From Macrostomum lignano (taxonomy: Eukaryota): a DNA stretch of 64,000 nt. The DNA lies in contig NIVC01001185.1 in the NCBI GenBank assembly GCA_002269645.1, positions 1 to 64,000 on the forward strand. The letters are read 5' to 3'. The notes beneath the pieces were generated by a model, which was given only the letters and a program-made list of their open reading frames with translations, had not been told where the DNA came from and ran no database searches. Positions 1-12,800 of this stretch are shown one piece after another. Both the position numbers and the translations under genes were made by a program. Each line of letters starts with the position of its first letter. The first letter of the stretch is position 1.

Positions 1-2348
1 GTCTGTCTGTCATTTCGACAACTCCTCCTTGAATAGTGCTCAACTCAGCGTTGAAACTTATATGGGAAGATTGGAAATTATCCGAGGTCGGCTATAGGCT
101 ATTTTAATTCTGAAATTTTTAATTTCTAAGATCCTCAAAAAAGCAGAAAACGGCGGTCTTGACCTTTGATAATCTTAATTGTCCCCTCTTTCTGCTTGGA
201 GCTGAAAATCTGCATGAATTTTAAGTGATTGCGCCATAAAATTTTTGCAACTTGGCAGTGTTTTTTCTCTCCAGTGGGGATAGGAGCGTTCTCATGGCGG
301 CGTGTGTACACTTGGACCCTAGCACTGGCGACAGTGAAATTCAATCATCAATTTGCGACCTCTCTAGCAGGCAGTGAACGTATACTCATATTCAATGCTT
401 TAAATCAGAATTTAATGCTAACTGTTGCTCGCATTTTTTGAACTTTGAGAGGAGGACTTATATTGCTGGAAAGATCTTGCAACGCTGAGTTCAGGGATAT
501 AAGTTGTTTGCTTAAACTGTAAAATTAAAAGCACAGCATTCAAAAAACGATTTTATTACTTTTAACTTTTAACTTGCTGCAAAGATTGTACTTATTTTTG
601 CGATAGGTCAGAGGATAAATTTTGGGGGGTTCAATTGCTAATTGCCACTGCGTAGTGGAAGGCGGTCGGGCGCTGTGTATTGGAGGGTTTGATTTAGATT
701 GCGCAATGTTTTTCTTAACTTTAACTGAGACTGATACTGACTGACTGTGAAATCGGTTGCGCATCAATTTGTTTTATTATCTGTGCCTTTCAATAGGCTG
801 CCTGTGTAATAGCCAGCCTGTGTAATGAATGAATAAATTTGCGAGCCTCTTTGGCAGGCAGTGAACGTACAGGCGATATTTCAATGCCTTAAAACGGGAA
901 CTTTCAAACGCTAACTGCTCTTCGAGTTCTAAACTTTAAGAGAAGATACTTATACTGCTGAAAAGATCTTGCAACGCTGAGTTCGAGGATATAAATTGTT
1001 TGCTAAAATGTAAAGACTAAAAGAGCAGCATCAAAAAAACTATTTCCATACTTTTAGCTTTATGCAAAGATTGTACTCATTTTTTGGTTCAATGCCCCAA
1101 CAGTTCGCGTTCAATTTCTAACTGCTACTGCGTATTGAAAAGAGGTCGGTCTCTGTGTACTGGAGGGTTGATTTAGATTGCGCAATCTTTTTGTTAACTT
1201 TAACTGAGACTGATACTGACTGACTGAGAAATCGGTTGCGCAATCAATTGATTCAATTGGTTCAATTTTTATTTGAACACGCAGCTGTGTAGCTTTAACC
1301 CTAACCCTAACCCTAACAATAACCCTAACCAATGAATCCTGAATTTATTTTTTTTTGACGGAGAAAATTTCGATTGAGTCGCAGTTTAAAAGAGAGAATT
1401 TCGATGGTTTTCAGTTGCACGGACAGGATTTCTGCTTCGCGGAGAGGATCTTGATGGATTTGGCATCTTCAATCAGTCAGAGAAGAGAGTAAAGAGAAGA
1501 CTGAAAAGAGAAGAGAGAAGAGATGATAGAAAACAGAGTATAATTGAGTGGAGAGATTAGACATGACAGATTGGAGATGATAGGAGAGAGAATAGATGAG
1601 GGATAAGAGCGTACAGAGGCAATAGAAGAGAGGGGAGAGTAGAGGAGAAAGAAAGAGTGAGATGAGGAGATGAGGGATGAGAGAGCAGGGGAGAGAGGAG
1701 ACAGGAGAGAGTACAGACGAAAGACTAGGGAGAAGATATAAATAAGGTAGTAAAGATGAGAGGAGAGAGAGGAGAGAGAAGCGAAAGGAGAAGAGAGTGA
1801 GGAGAGAGGAGAGAGATGAAAGGAGCAAGGAAAGGAGAAAGAAGAGAATGGAGAGAATAGAAAAGAGAGAAGAGAAGAGACAGGGGATAGTGAAAAGGAG
1901 GAAGAAAGATGTGAGACAAGAAAGTAGTGTCAGAGCGTATATGAAATATGAGAAATGAGAGCAGACAGAAGAGAAAAGAGAAGAGAGAGAGAGGATTAAG
2001 AGAGACGATAGATAAGTGAGTAGAGATGACATATGAGAGAGGAGAGAAGAGGGAGAGATAAGAGTGAAGAGAGGAGACAGAAGACAGGAGAAGGTACAGA
2101 CGAAAGACGAGGGAGAAGAGATAAATAAGGGAGCAGGGGTAGAGATGAGATGAGAGAGAGGAGAGAGGAGATATGAGAGACTTGAGAGTCTTTGAGCTAT
2201 GGTCTTTGAAAGATTTTGTAAAGAATTTGGAGACGATTTGGAAGATAGGGTTAAAGACATGGAATTTCAGTTGATGGATATTTCAGGGAATAGAATTCCG
2301 GTGATGGGAGTTCTTCCCCTTTCTCCTCCGAAGGAGGAGTTCCACTCG
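1..2348 (+). mobile_element. Helitron-like unit 1 (subfamily A, 5' end outside window)
   Basis: Two ~480-bp internal modules, TAACCC tract 1296-1330, AG-rich tract, 3' hairpin 2323-2339, ends CTCG at 2348. Confidence 0.75.
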
Positions 2349-4807
2349 TATATACTAAAGTTGACGCGTTGTTTGTCTGTCTGTATGTCTGTCTGTATGT
2401 CTGTCTGTATGTCTGTCTGTCATTTCGACAACTCCTCCTTGAATAGTGCCAACTCAGCGTTGAAACTTATATGGGAAGATTGGAAATTATCCGAGGTCGG
2501 CTATAGGCTATTTTAATTCTGAAATTTTAATTTCTAAGATCCTCAAAAAAGCAGAAAACGGCGGTCTTGACCTTTGATAATCTTAATTGTCCCCTCTTTC
2601 TGCTTGGAGCTGAAAATTTGCATGAATTTCAAGTGATTGCGCCACAACTTTTCCCTATCTCTGCAGTGTATTTTCTCTCCAGTGGGGGATGGGGCGTTCT
2701 AAATGGCTGCCTGTGTACAATCGGACCCTGGCTCACTGGCTGACTGTATAGACAATTGCGCAAAGATTTGTGTTCTAATTTTCAATAGGCAGCCCTGTGA
2801 TTTTGTTGAACCTTGAAATTCAATGCATAAACTTGCGGGCCTCTTTAGCAGGCAGTGAACGTACAATCGATACTTCAATGCTATAAATCAGACAGTTTCA
2901 AACGCTAACTGTTCCTCGAGTTTTAAACTTTGAAAGAAGAGACTTATATTGCTGGAAAGATCTTGGAACGCTGAGTTCGGGGATATAAATTGTTTGCTTT
3001 AAATATGAAAAGAAAAAGCACAGCATTTGAAAAACTATTTCCATACTTTTAACTTTTTGCAAATATTGTACTCAGTTTTGCGAGACGAAATAGATAAAGT
3101 TGGGGGAGGGTTCAACTTCTCACTACTGCTGTGGATTGGAGGGTTGATTTATATTGCGCAATGTTTTTGTTAACTTTAACTGAGACTGATAATGACTGAC
3201 TGTGAAATCGGTTGCGACATCAATTTGTTTCATTATCTGTGCCTTTTAATAGGCTGCCCCGTGTAATAGCCGGCCTGTGTAATGAATGAATAAACTTGCG
3301 AGCCTCTTTGGCAGGCAGTGAACGTACACTCGATATTTCAATGCTTTAAAACGGGAACTTTCAAACGCTAACTGCTCTTCGAGTTCTAAACTTTAAGAGA
3401 AGAGACTTATACTGCTGAAAAGATCTTGCAACGCTGAGTTCGAGGATATAAATTGTTTGCTTTAAATATAAAGACTAAAAGCACAGCATACAAAAACTAT
3501 TTCCATACTTTTAGCTTTCTGCAAAGATTGTACTCATTTTTAGTTCAATGCCCCCAACACCCGGGTTCAATTTCTAACTGCCACTGCGTATTGAAAAGGG
3601 GCCGGGCTCTGTGTACTGGAGGGTTGATTTAAATTGCGCAATCTTTTTGTTCACTTTACCCGAGACTGATACTGACTGACTTTGAAATCGGTTGCGCAAT
3701 CAATTGATTCAATTGGCTCAATTTTTTATTTAAACACGCAGCTGTGTGTAGCTCTAACCCTAACCCTAACCCTAACAATAACCCTAACCAATGAATCCTA
3801 ATATTTTATTCTTTTTGACGGAGAAAATTTCGATTGAGTCCAGTTTTAAAGAGATAATTTCAATGGTTTTCAGTTTCACGGAGAGGATTTCTGTTTCGCG
3901 GAGAGGATTTCAATGGTTTTCAGTTTCACGGAGAGGATTTCTGCTTCGCGGAGAGGATCTTGATAGATTTGGCATCTTCAATCAGTCATAAAAGAGAGTA
4001 AAGAGAAGATCAAAAAGAGAAGAGACATGAGATGGTATAAAACAGAGTAGAAATGAGTGGATAGATTAGACATGACCGATGGAAGAGAAGAGGGGAGTAA
4101 GGCGGAAACGAAGAGGGAGAGAGAAGAGAAGAGGAGAGAGGAGATGAGAGGGGAGATATGAGATAGCAGAGGGAGACAAGAGAGATAATAGAAAGAGAAT
4201 AGATGACGGATAAGAGCGTACAGAGGAAATAGAAGAGAGGGGAGAGTAGAGGAGAAAGAAAGAGTGAGATGAGGGAAGAGATATGAGAGAGGAGATATGA
4301 GAGACGTGAGAGTCTTTGAGCTATGGTCTTTGAAAGGTTTTGTAAAGAATTTGGAGAGATGATAGGAGAGAGAATAGAGATGAGGGATAAGAGCGTACAG
4401 GGGAAATAGATGAGAGGGGAGAGTAGAGAAGAAAGAAAGAGTGAGATGAAGGATGAGAGATGAGGGAGGAGAGGGGAGAGAGAAGAGAGGAGAAAAGAGG
4501 GGAGAAATGAGACAGGAGAGAGTAGAGACGAAAGACCAGGGAGAAGATATAAATAAGGGAGTAGGGGTAGAGATGAGATGAGAGAGAGGAGAGAGAAGAG
4601 AGTCACGATAATAGCGAAGAGAGGAGAGAGGAGATATGAGAGACGTAAGAGTCTTTGAGCTATGGTCTTTCAAAGGTTTTGTAAAGAATTTGGAGACGAT
4701 TTGGAAGATGGGATTCAAGTCATGGAGTTTCAGCTGATGGATTTCAGGGAATGGAATTCCGGTGATGGGAGTTCTTCCCCTTTCTCCTCCGAAGGAGGAG
4801 TTCCACT
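2349..4807 (+). mobile_element. Helitron-like unit 2 (subfamily A)
   Basis: Starts TATATACTAAAGTTGACGCG. The 3' end is defective (TTCCACT, lacks CG). Near-identical to unit 10. Confidence 0.75.
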
Positions 4808-7132
4808 TCTATATATACTAAAGTTGACGTGTTGTTTGTCTGTCTGTCTGTGTGTGTGTGTGTCATTTCGACAACTCCTCCTTGAATAGTGGCAACTCAG
4901 CGTTGAAACTTATATGGGAAGATTGGAAATTATCCGAGGTCGGCTATAGGCTATTTTAATTCTGAAATTTTAATTTCTAAGATCCTCAAAAAAGCAGAAA
5001 ACGGCGGTCTTGACCTTTGATAATCTTAATTGTACCCTCTTTCTGCTTGGAGCTGAAAATTTGCATGAATTTCAAGTGATTGCGCCACAACTTTTCCCTA
5101 TCTCTGCAGTGTATTTTCTCTCCAGTGGGGGGATGGGGCGTTCTAAATGGCTGCCTGTGTACAATCGGACCCTGGCTCACTGGCTGACTGTATAGACAAT
5201 TGCGCAAAGATTTGTGTTCTAATTTTCAATAGGCAGCCCTGTGATTTTGTTGAACCTTGAAATTCAATGCATAAACTTGCGGGCCTCTTTAGCAGGCAGT
5301 GAACGTACAATCGATATTTCAATGCTTTAAATCAGAAAGTTTCAAACGCAAACTGTTGCTCGAGTTTTTAACTTTGAGAGAAAAAATTTATATTGCTGGA
5401 AAGAACTTGCAAAGCTGATTTCAGGGATATAAATTGTTTGCTTCAAATATGAAAACTAAAAGCTCTGCATTGCAAAAACTATTTCCATACTTTAAACTTT
5501 CTGCAAAGATTGTACTCATTTTGGCGAGAGGTGAGAGATAAAGTTGGGGGTTTCGACTTCTAACTGGCGCTGTGTATAGGAAGGGGGTCAGTTGCTTTGT
5601 ATTGGAGGGTTGATTAGATTGCGCAAACTTTGTGTTAACTTTAACTGAGACTTATACTGACTAACACAGAAATATATTGCGCAATCAATTGATTCAATTG
5701 GTTAGCTTTTTTATTATCGGCCCTGTGTATTAGCTTGGCAGTGAAATTCAATGTACAAAATTGCGAGCCTCACAGGCAAGCAGTCAGGAAATCGGTAAAT
5801 TTCAAACGCTAACTGATCCTTGAGTTTTAAACTTTGAGAGGAGAGACTTATATTGCTGGAAAGATCTTGCAACGCTGAGTTTAGGGATATAAGTTGTTTG
5901 CTTTAAATATGAAAAGAAAAAGCACCGCATTTAAAAAACTATTTCCATACTTTTAACTTTCTGCAAAAATTGTACTCAGTTTTGCGAGACGTAATAGATA
6001 AAGTTGGGGGAGGGTTCAACTTCTCACTGCTGCTGTGTATTGGAGGGTTGATTTAGATTGCGCAATGTTTTTGTTAACTTTAACTGAGACTGATACTGAC
6101 TGACTGTGAAATCGGTTGCGCAATGATTTGATTCAATTAATTCAATATTTTTATCAGTGCCTTTTAACACGAAGCTGTGCGTAGTTCTAACCCTAACCCT
6201 AACCCTAACCCTAACCCTAATGAATCTGGCGAGTTGAGTTGTTTGACGGAAAAAATTCGATTAAGTCAAGTTTAGCGGAGACGATTTCAATGTTTAAATT
6301 CTGACGGAGAAGATTTCTGTTTCGTGGAGAGGATTTCGATGATGTTCAGTTTCACGAAAGGATTTCCATGGTGTTCAGTTTCACGGAGAGGATTTCGATC
6401 ATGTTCAGCTTCACGGAGAGGCTTTCTGTTTCGCGGAGATAATTTATGATTGATTTCTGTTTTATGGAAACAATTTTGATGGATTTAAGTTTCAAGGAGA
6501 GGATTTCGAAGGAGTCCAGTTTCACTGAGAGGATTTCGATGGTTTTTAGTTGCACAGACAGGATTTTTGCTTCGCAGAGAGGATCTTGATGGATTTGGCA
6601 TCTTCAATCAGTCAGAGAAGAGAGTAAAGAGAAGACTGAGAAGAGAAGAGAGAAGAGATGATAGAAAACAGAGTATAATTGAGTGGAGAGATTAGACATG
6701 ACAGATTGGAGATGATAGGAGAGAGAATAAATGAGGGATAAGAGCGTACAGAGGCAATAGAAGAGAGGGGAGAGTAGAGGAGAAAGAAAGAGTGAGATGA
6801 GGAGATGAGGGATGAGAGAGCAGGGGAGAGAGGAGGGAGAAGAGAGATGGAAGATAGAGATGAGAGAGATAAAAGTGCAGAGAGAAGTAATTAGTGAGGA
6901 GAAAGAAGAGAGTAAAAATAAAAATCAGAGCGCAGGCCGCAAGAGTTGAGAGATGGGAGTTGATAGATTGTAGAGGATTTGGAGATGATTTGGAAGATGG
7001 GATTCAATTCATTGAATTTCAGCTGATAGGAGTTCTTCCCCTTCAGAATTCCGGTGATGGGAGTTCTTCCCCTTCAGAATTCCGGTGATGGGAGTTCTTC
7101 CCATTTCTCCTCCAGAGGAGGAGTTCCACTCG
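4808..7132 (+). mobile_element. Helitron-like unit 3 (subfamily A 5' end)
   Basis: Starts TCTATATATACTAAAG; hairpin 7107-7123; ends CTCG at 7132. Near-identical to unit 11. Confidence 0.75.
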
Positions 7133-7562
7133 TATATACTAAAGTTGACGCGTTGTTTGTCTGTCTGTCTGTGTGTCTGTCTGTCATTTCGACAACTCCT
7201 CCTTGAATAGTGCCAACTCAGCGTTGAAACTGAGAGATATGAGAGAAGAGAGGAGACAAGAGACAGGAGAGGGTACAGACGAAAGACGAGGGAGAAAACA
7301 TAAATAAGGGAGTACGGGTAGAGATGAGATGAGAGAGAGGAGAGAGAAGAGAGTCACGATAATAGCACAGAGTGGAGAGAGTAGATATGAGAGACGTGAG
7401 AGTCTTTGAGCTATGGTCTTTGAAAGGTTTTCTAAAGAATTTGGAGACGATTTGGAAGATAGGGTTCAAGACATGGAATTTCAGTTGATGGATATTTCAG
7501 GGAATGGAATTCCGGTGATGGGAGTTCTTCCCCTTTCTCCTCCGAAGGAGGAGTTCCACTCG
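7133..7562 (+). mobile_element. Helitron-like unit 4, 430-bp internally deleted mini-element
   Basis: About 95 bp of subfamily A 5' end is joined at ~7230 to the 3' AG-rich segment and an intact 3' hairpin/CTCG. Confidence 0.7.
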
Positions 7563-9608
7563 TTAATACTAAAAGTGGTGCGTTGTTTGTGTGTATGTAT
7601 GTTGTAAGTGAACTCCTACAATACTTGCAAGTCAGCGTCGAAACTTATATGGGAAAACTGCAAATTTTCCGGAGCAGGCTTTAGGCTATTTTAATTTTTA
7701 ATTTTCCAATTTTAACATCCTTAAAAAAGCAGAAAACTGCTTTTTTAACCCCCAATAACCTTCTTTGGCCACTCTGCCTGGGGCTGCAGCCAGTTTGTAA
7801 AAATAGCCACCCCAACCTCCGCCCGCGGGCCGCTGTGTATTGAGGGGTGGTGGGTGCGAGTGGAAATAAAACCCCCCGCGTGTTGGGGGGGGGGGTTCAG
7901 TTAAATTTAATGCTTCCCCCAGAACGGGGGGTTGGGCTTGGGCTGAGTGTACATAGCAGTTGTACAGTGTAAATAGATAGGACTGTGTCGAGATTCAATT
8001 GCTTTTATTATTGGCGCCTTTTTTTCTCCATAGGAAAGCCCTGTGTATTAGCTTGGCAGTGAAATTCAATGAATTGCGAGCTTCTCTAGCAAGCAGTCGG
8101 GAAATCGGTAAATTTCAAACGCTAACTGTTCCTTGAGTTTTTAACTTTGAGAGGAGAGACTTATATTGCTGGAAAGATCTTGCAACGCTGAGTTCTGGGA
8201 TATAAGTTGTTTGTTTTATATATGAAAACTGAAAGCTCTGCATTGGGAAAACTATTTCCATATTTTTAACTTTCTGCAAAAATTGTACTCAGTTTTGCGA
8301 GACGTAATAGATAAAGTTGGGGGAAGGGTTCAACTTCTCCCTGCTGCTGTGTATTGGAGGGTTGATTTAGATAGCGCAATGTTTTTGTTAACTTTAACTG
8401 AGACTGATACTGACTGACTGACTGTGAAATCGGTTGCGCAATGAATTGATTCAATTAGTTCAATATTTTTATCAGTGCCTTTTAACACGAAGCTGTGCGT
8501 AGTTCTAACCCTAACCCTAACCCTAACCAATGAATCCGGAGAGTTGAGTTGTTTGACGGAAAAAATTCGATTGAGTCCAGTTTAGCGGAGACGATTTCAA
8601 TGTTTTAATTTTGACAGAGAGGATTTCTGTTTTTCGTGGAGAGGATTTCGATGGTGTTCAGTTTCACGGAGAGGATTTCTGTTTCGCGGAGATAATTTAT
8701 GATTTATTTCTGTTTTATGGAGACGATTTTGATGAATTTAAGTTTCAAGGAGAGGATTTCAATGGTTTTCAGTTGCACGGACTGCTTCTCGGAGAGGATC
8801 TTGATGAATTTGGCATCTTCAATCAGTCAGAGAAGAGAGTAAAGAGAAGAATGAAAAGAGAAGAGAGATGAGATGATAGAAAACAGAGTAGAAATGAATG
8901 GAGAGATTAGACATGACAGATGGGAGACTTAGCTGCAGGGCTGTCCCGGGGGGACACAGCGGGAAGGCGCGAACGCCCATTCCGCTAAACAGATGGGAGA
9001 GAAGAGGGGAGTAAGGCCGGAACAAAGGAGGGAGAAGAGAAGAGGAGAGAGGAGATGAGAGGGGAGATATGAGATAACAGAGGGAGACAAGTTAAGAGAG
9101 GAAAGTAGTGCGGAGAGGAGAGATGAGAGATGCGATGAGAAGAGATGAGTGAGAAATAAGAGAGAAGAGATTAGAGATTATAAAAGAGAGGGAAGAAGAT
9201 GAAAGGAGCAAGGAGAGGAGAAAAGAGAATGGAAAGGATAGAAAAGAGAGAAGAGAAGAGAAAGGGGATAGTGGAAAGGAGGAACGAAAGATAGGAGATA
9301 AGAAAGTAGAGGGTGAGAGCGTATATGAGATATGAGAAATGAGAGCAGAGAGGAGAGAAAAGAGAAGTGAGAGAGGTTTAAGGAGAGACGATAGATAAGT
9401 GAGTAGAGATGACATATGAGAGAGGAGAGAAGAGGGAGAGATATGAGGGAAGAGAGGAGACAAGAGACAGGAGAGGGTACAGACGAAAGAGGAGGGAGAA
9501 GAGACAAATAAGGGAGTAGGGGTAGAGATGAGATGAGAGAGAGGAGAGAGAAGAGAGTCACGATAATAGCGAATAGAAGAGAGAGGAGATATGAGAGACG
9601 TGAGAGTC
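7563..9608 (+). mobile_element. Helitron-like unit 5 (subfamily B, 3'-truncated)
   Basis: Starts TTAATACTAAAAGTGGTGCG. Stops at GAGAGTC with no hairpin, where a new 5' end begins. Confidence 0.7.
8928..8988. other. 61-bp GC-rich structured insertion flanked by a 12-bp direct repeat
   Basis: ACAGATGGGAGA occurs at 8916-8927 and 8989-9000. Sister units (e.g. ~14550, ~17150) have one copy and no insert. Confidence 0.75.
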
Positions 9609-9840
9609 TCTCCTAATACTAAAACTGACGCGATGTTTGTCTGTCTGTCTGTCTGTATGTAGCAAGTGAACTCCTACAATTCTGCCAAGTCAGCGTCGAA
9701 ACTAATATGGGAAAACTGCAAATTTTCCGGAGCAGGCTTTAGGCTATTTTAATTTTTAATTTTCACATTTTAACATCCCTAAAAAAGCAGAAAACTGCTT
9801 TTTTAACCCCCAATAACCTTCTTTGGCCACTCTGCCTGGG

Positions 9841-12800
9841 CGCGGACCCCGGGATTATAAGCAACTGGACTGGAAGGCTAAAAATAACCCATACCACAAG
9901 GGGGCATTAGTTTCCTACACACAGCTTTTCTGCAGAGGGGCATGAATTGCTAACACAAATCACATAAATAGATAAATAGACACGTGCATAACTGAAAAAA
10001 ACACTTTGCAACAGTGGAAAAAGCAAAAGCATTTCTGACAAGCCACTTAATCTGAAACCGAGGCGAATCTGCAGTTAATTATTAGTAGGAACCGGCAGAC
10101 TGACTGGAGAGCTTCGCAATCTTCCGCTTCCTTCGGCGCTCCGAATCGCCAGAAACTTCCTTAGCCAGGTTCTTCATCATGCAGTTGAAGAACGCTTTAG
10201 ACAATCCTGTCTTCACATCATGTCCATGGGTGCATGTTGTGAGGTGGGTGAATGATTCTAGAAAAAGTGCGTCGTCGGTCATTTCGTCCACGAGTCCAAA
10301 AAATACCAGCTGCTGCTGCTGAGCGCACATGAACTCCTTCTTCAATGTCTCCTTTCGCCGAATCTCTTCGAAAATTTTCCAGCAATGAGTGCCCAAAGCA
10401 AAAGCAAACTCAGTTGGCTGGCAGAGACCACCTCGGTTGATCTGGTCAATGAAGGAGGAGGCCTGTGCTGGAACCCAGTCAACATCCAACTGCGCGGCAG
10501 CATCTTCCTCTAACAGCAGTTATCTGCACGAATCACACCTTCGGTTTTTCACCAGAGTTCGGGCAACAGCGGCAATGACGTAATAAATTACCGTCTGATC
10601 AGCAGGAGCTGGCTCGCAATCCATGTCTAGCTTTACGGCCAAGTTGTTGACACACTCCTGAACAGAGCTGCTGCTGTCGTCAGGCTTATCGATTGCAGCG
10701 TCAATCTCCTTAAGTGAGAATTCAGAATATTTCAGCAGACTTACAGCGGCGATCTTCCTGCTGTTCTCCTTGACCTGACGAGCGGAAATGTAAAAATTGG
10801 CTCCTGACATCTGACGCAGCCATCCAAATCGACTTTCGATGCAGTCAGACTGCAGTGCTCCAAGGAGAACAAATGAAAATCCTTCATGATCCAGAAGATG
10901 AGCTGCGCAGGCGGCCAGAGCACGACAAGTCACTCGACAAGCAAGGAACGTTTCTTTAGACAAGCCAGGATACCCAGACTTCTCCCAGCTCTGCAATATG
11001 TAACATGGAGCTATAAATATTATTGAGTACTGCGTCCTTCGATTCAACATAAAAAATGCAATGAAAAGCCTTACCTCTAGAAATTCGGCAAACTCCAGAA
11101 GAAATTGCAGCTTCCAGTCAAGCGAAGAGCGCACAGGATCCTGGCTGATGTCACGTTTCGCTGTCCCTTTGAATGGAGTCCTGACGTTCAAAATATGCCA
11201 GAGCTTCAGCACAAGGCTGATGAAATCTGCAGTGGCCTGCCAGATCTTGCCTTCGTGCTCTGTGTAGTACCGCAGCGCATTTAGAGTGCTCTCATCGAAG
11301 ACCGCCGCTGCCAGCTTCACCGAAGTTTTCTCAATGCTCTTTGGATTAAGCACGGCAGGGCTGAGCTTGTGCGCTAGCTTCAATGGCTTGGTTGCTTCCA
11401 GCTCGTAGAGCCGAACAATGTGTCCAAAGGGAGCCTCAGACACTTGTGGCCGAATTGGAATGGCAGGAAACCGAAATTCTCCTCGGATTTGAAAGTTATT
11501 GTAAATGTTCTTCAAATTGTGCACTGGATCGAACAGCACAAAAACAGGCTGTCCAGTTACTTCATCCATGAAGCAAGGGTTGAAGTTGTTGCCGCACAGG
11601 CCTCTGACAAACTTGCGGTTCACTGCGGCATTATCAACGCACACTGCACAAACGGTGAAATTCAACTTTCTTAAGACACTCATCGCCTGGTGAAACCATT
11701 CCGTAAGTTTCTTCGCAGTCAATGTTGCAACGGCATGCATCGCAATCATGTCCTTGTATTGACTCGCTACAGAGCGGATCATGAAGCAGCAGAGTGTCTT
11801 TGCTGTAGCTCCATCTGCATCCAGTCCATTCAACTGACCATTGTTGTACTCAACCCGATTGGCAATGTAGATCTCATCGATCGCAAGGACGACAACTTTC
11901 TCAACTTGTTCAAGCTTAGATGCCCGAAGTTTAAGATAGCCTTCGTTATCCAAACCTACCTTAGAACCAACTCTAGCTGTGATGGACCTCAAAGTGCGAT
12001 CAGATGGCAGACAAAGTGCCTCCTGCTCCAGCATGGTCTTGTATGCAGCGGCACTGATTGAGTAAATTAAATACGAAAAAACGAGAAGCTCCTGCGAGTA
12101 CCTGCGAGCAGAGGCTGGCTTCCTACTCAGCTTCAATTGCTCCAAAGCAAAGCTCACCGTTCGGTTATCTGCCAGCTCTTCCACCTCTTCTAACAGGTCT
12201 TCAGCCATATCCAGCAGATGCGAAACTTTATCGTCAGACTCGACCGTATCCTCCTTCAAAATCTTGATTCTCGACATGATGTTAACAAGCTGGCTAAGGG
12301 TCGAGACCTTGCCATTAGTCAACAGATCGACAAACCTTTTCATCTTCAGAGGCAATCCACGGAATCCACATGTGACGGTGAGGTCTTCAGCCAAGCAAAT
12401 ATAGCACGCAACATGAAAATTGGGCTCCATCTCAAGCATGTAAATGCACAGCTTGCCGTCACACAGAGAGAATTGAAAACCTGCTGGCTTACTCTCCTCC
12501 TGATCAAGTCTGGAGCGCACGTCGTGTAGGCTGCAATCAGCAATTGAGTCGGCTTCCTGAAAGGTGTCAATACTGCTTTGCAGGGCACTGAGTTCCCGCT
12601 CCAGACGTTCAGAAGAAGTCGCCGCTGTTAATCTCTGCGGCTTTTTTTCAGAGGACAAGTAGGATGGAGCGTTGGGAAAGATGGACGGCACAACCCCTTG
12701 TTTCAAAATGCGTCTTAGTAGTTGCTCCTTGCTTTTCTTACGTGCGACGTTTGTATCCATGGAACTTTCAACGAAGTCGTCCGGATGAAAATGTCTGGAG

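Noticed and set aside
2300-2450. Alternative reading: the hairpin plus GTCT tract is the 5' end of a Helentron/DINE-1-like element
   Set aside because: The 5' TC..ACTAAA end occurs without the hairpin at 9609, and the hairpin end is joined to an unrelated family at 29490. Both place the boundary at CTCG|TC. Not fully excluded without solo copies.
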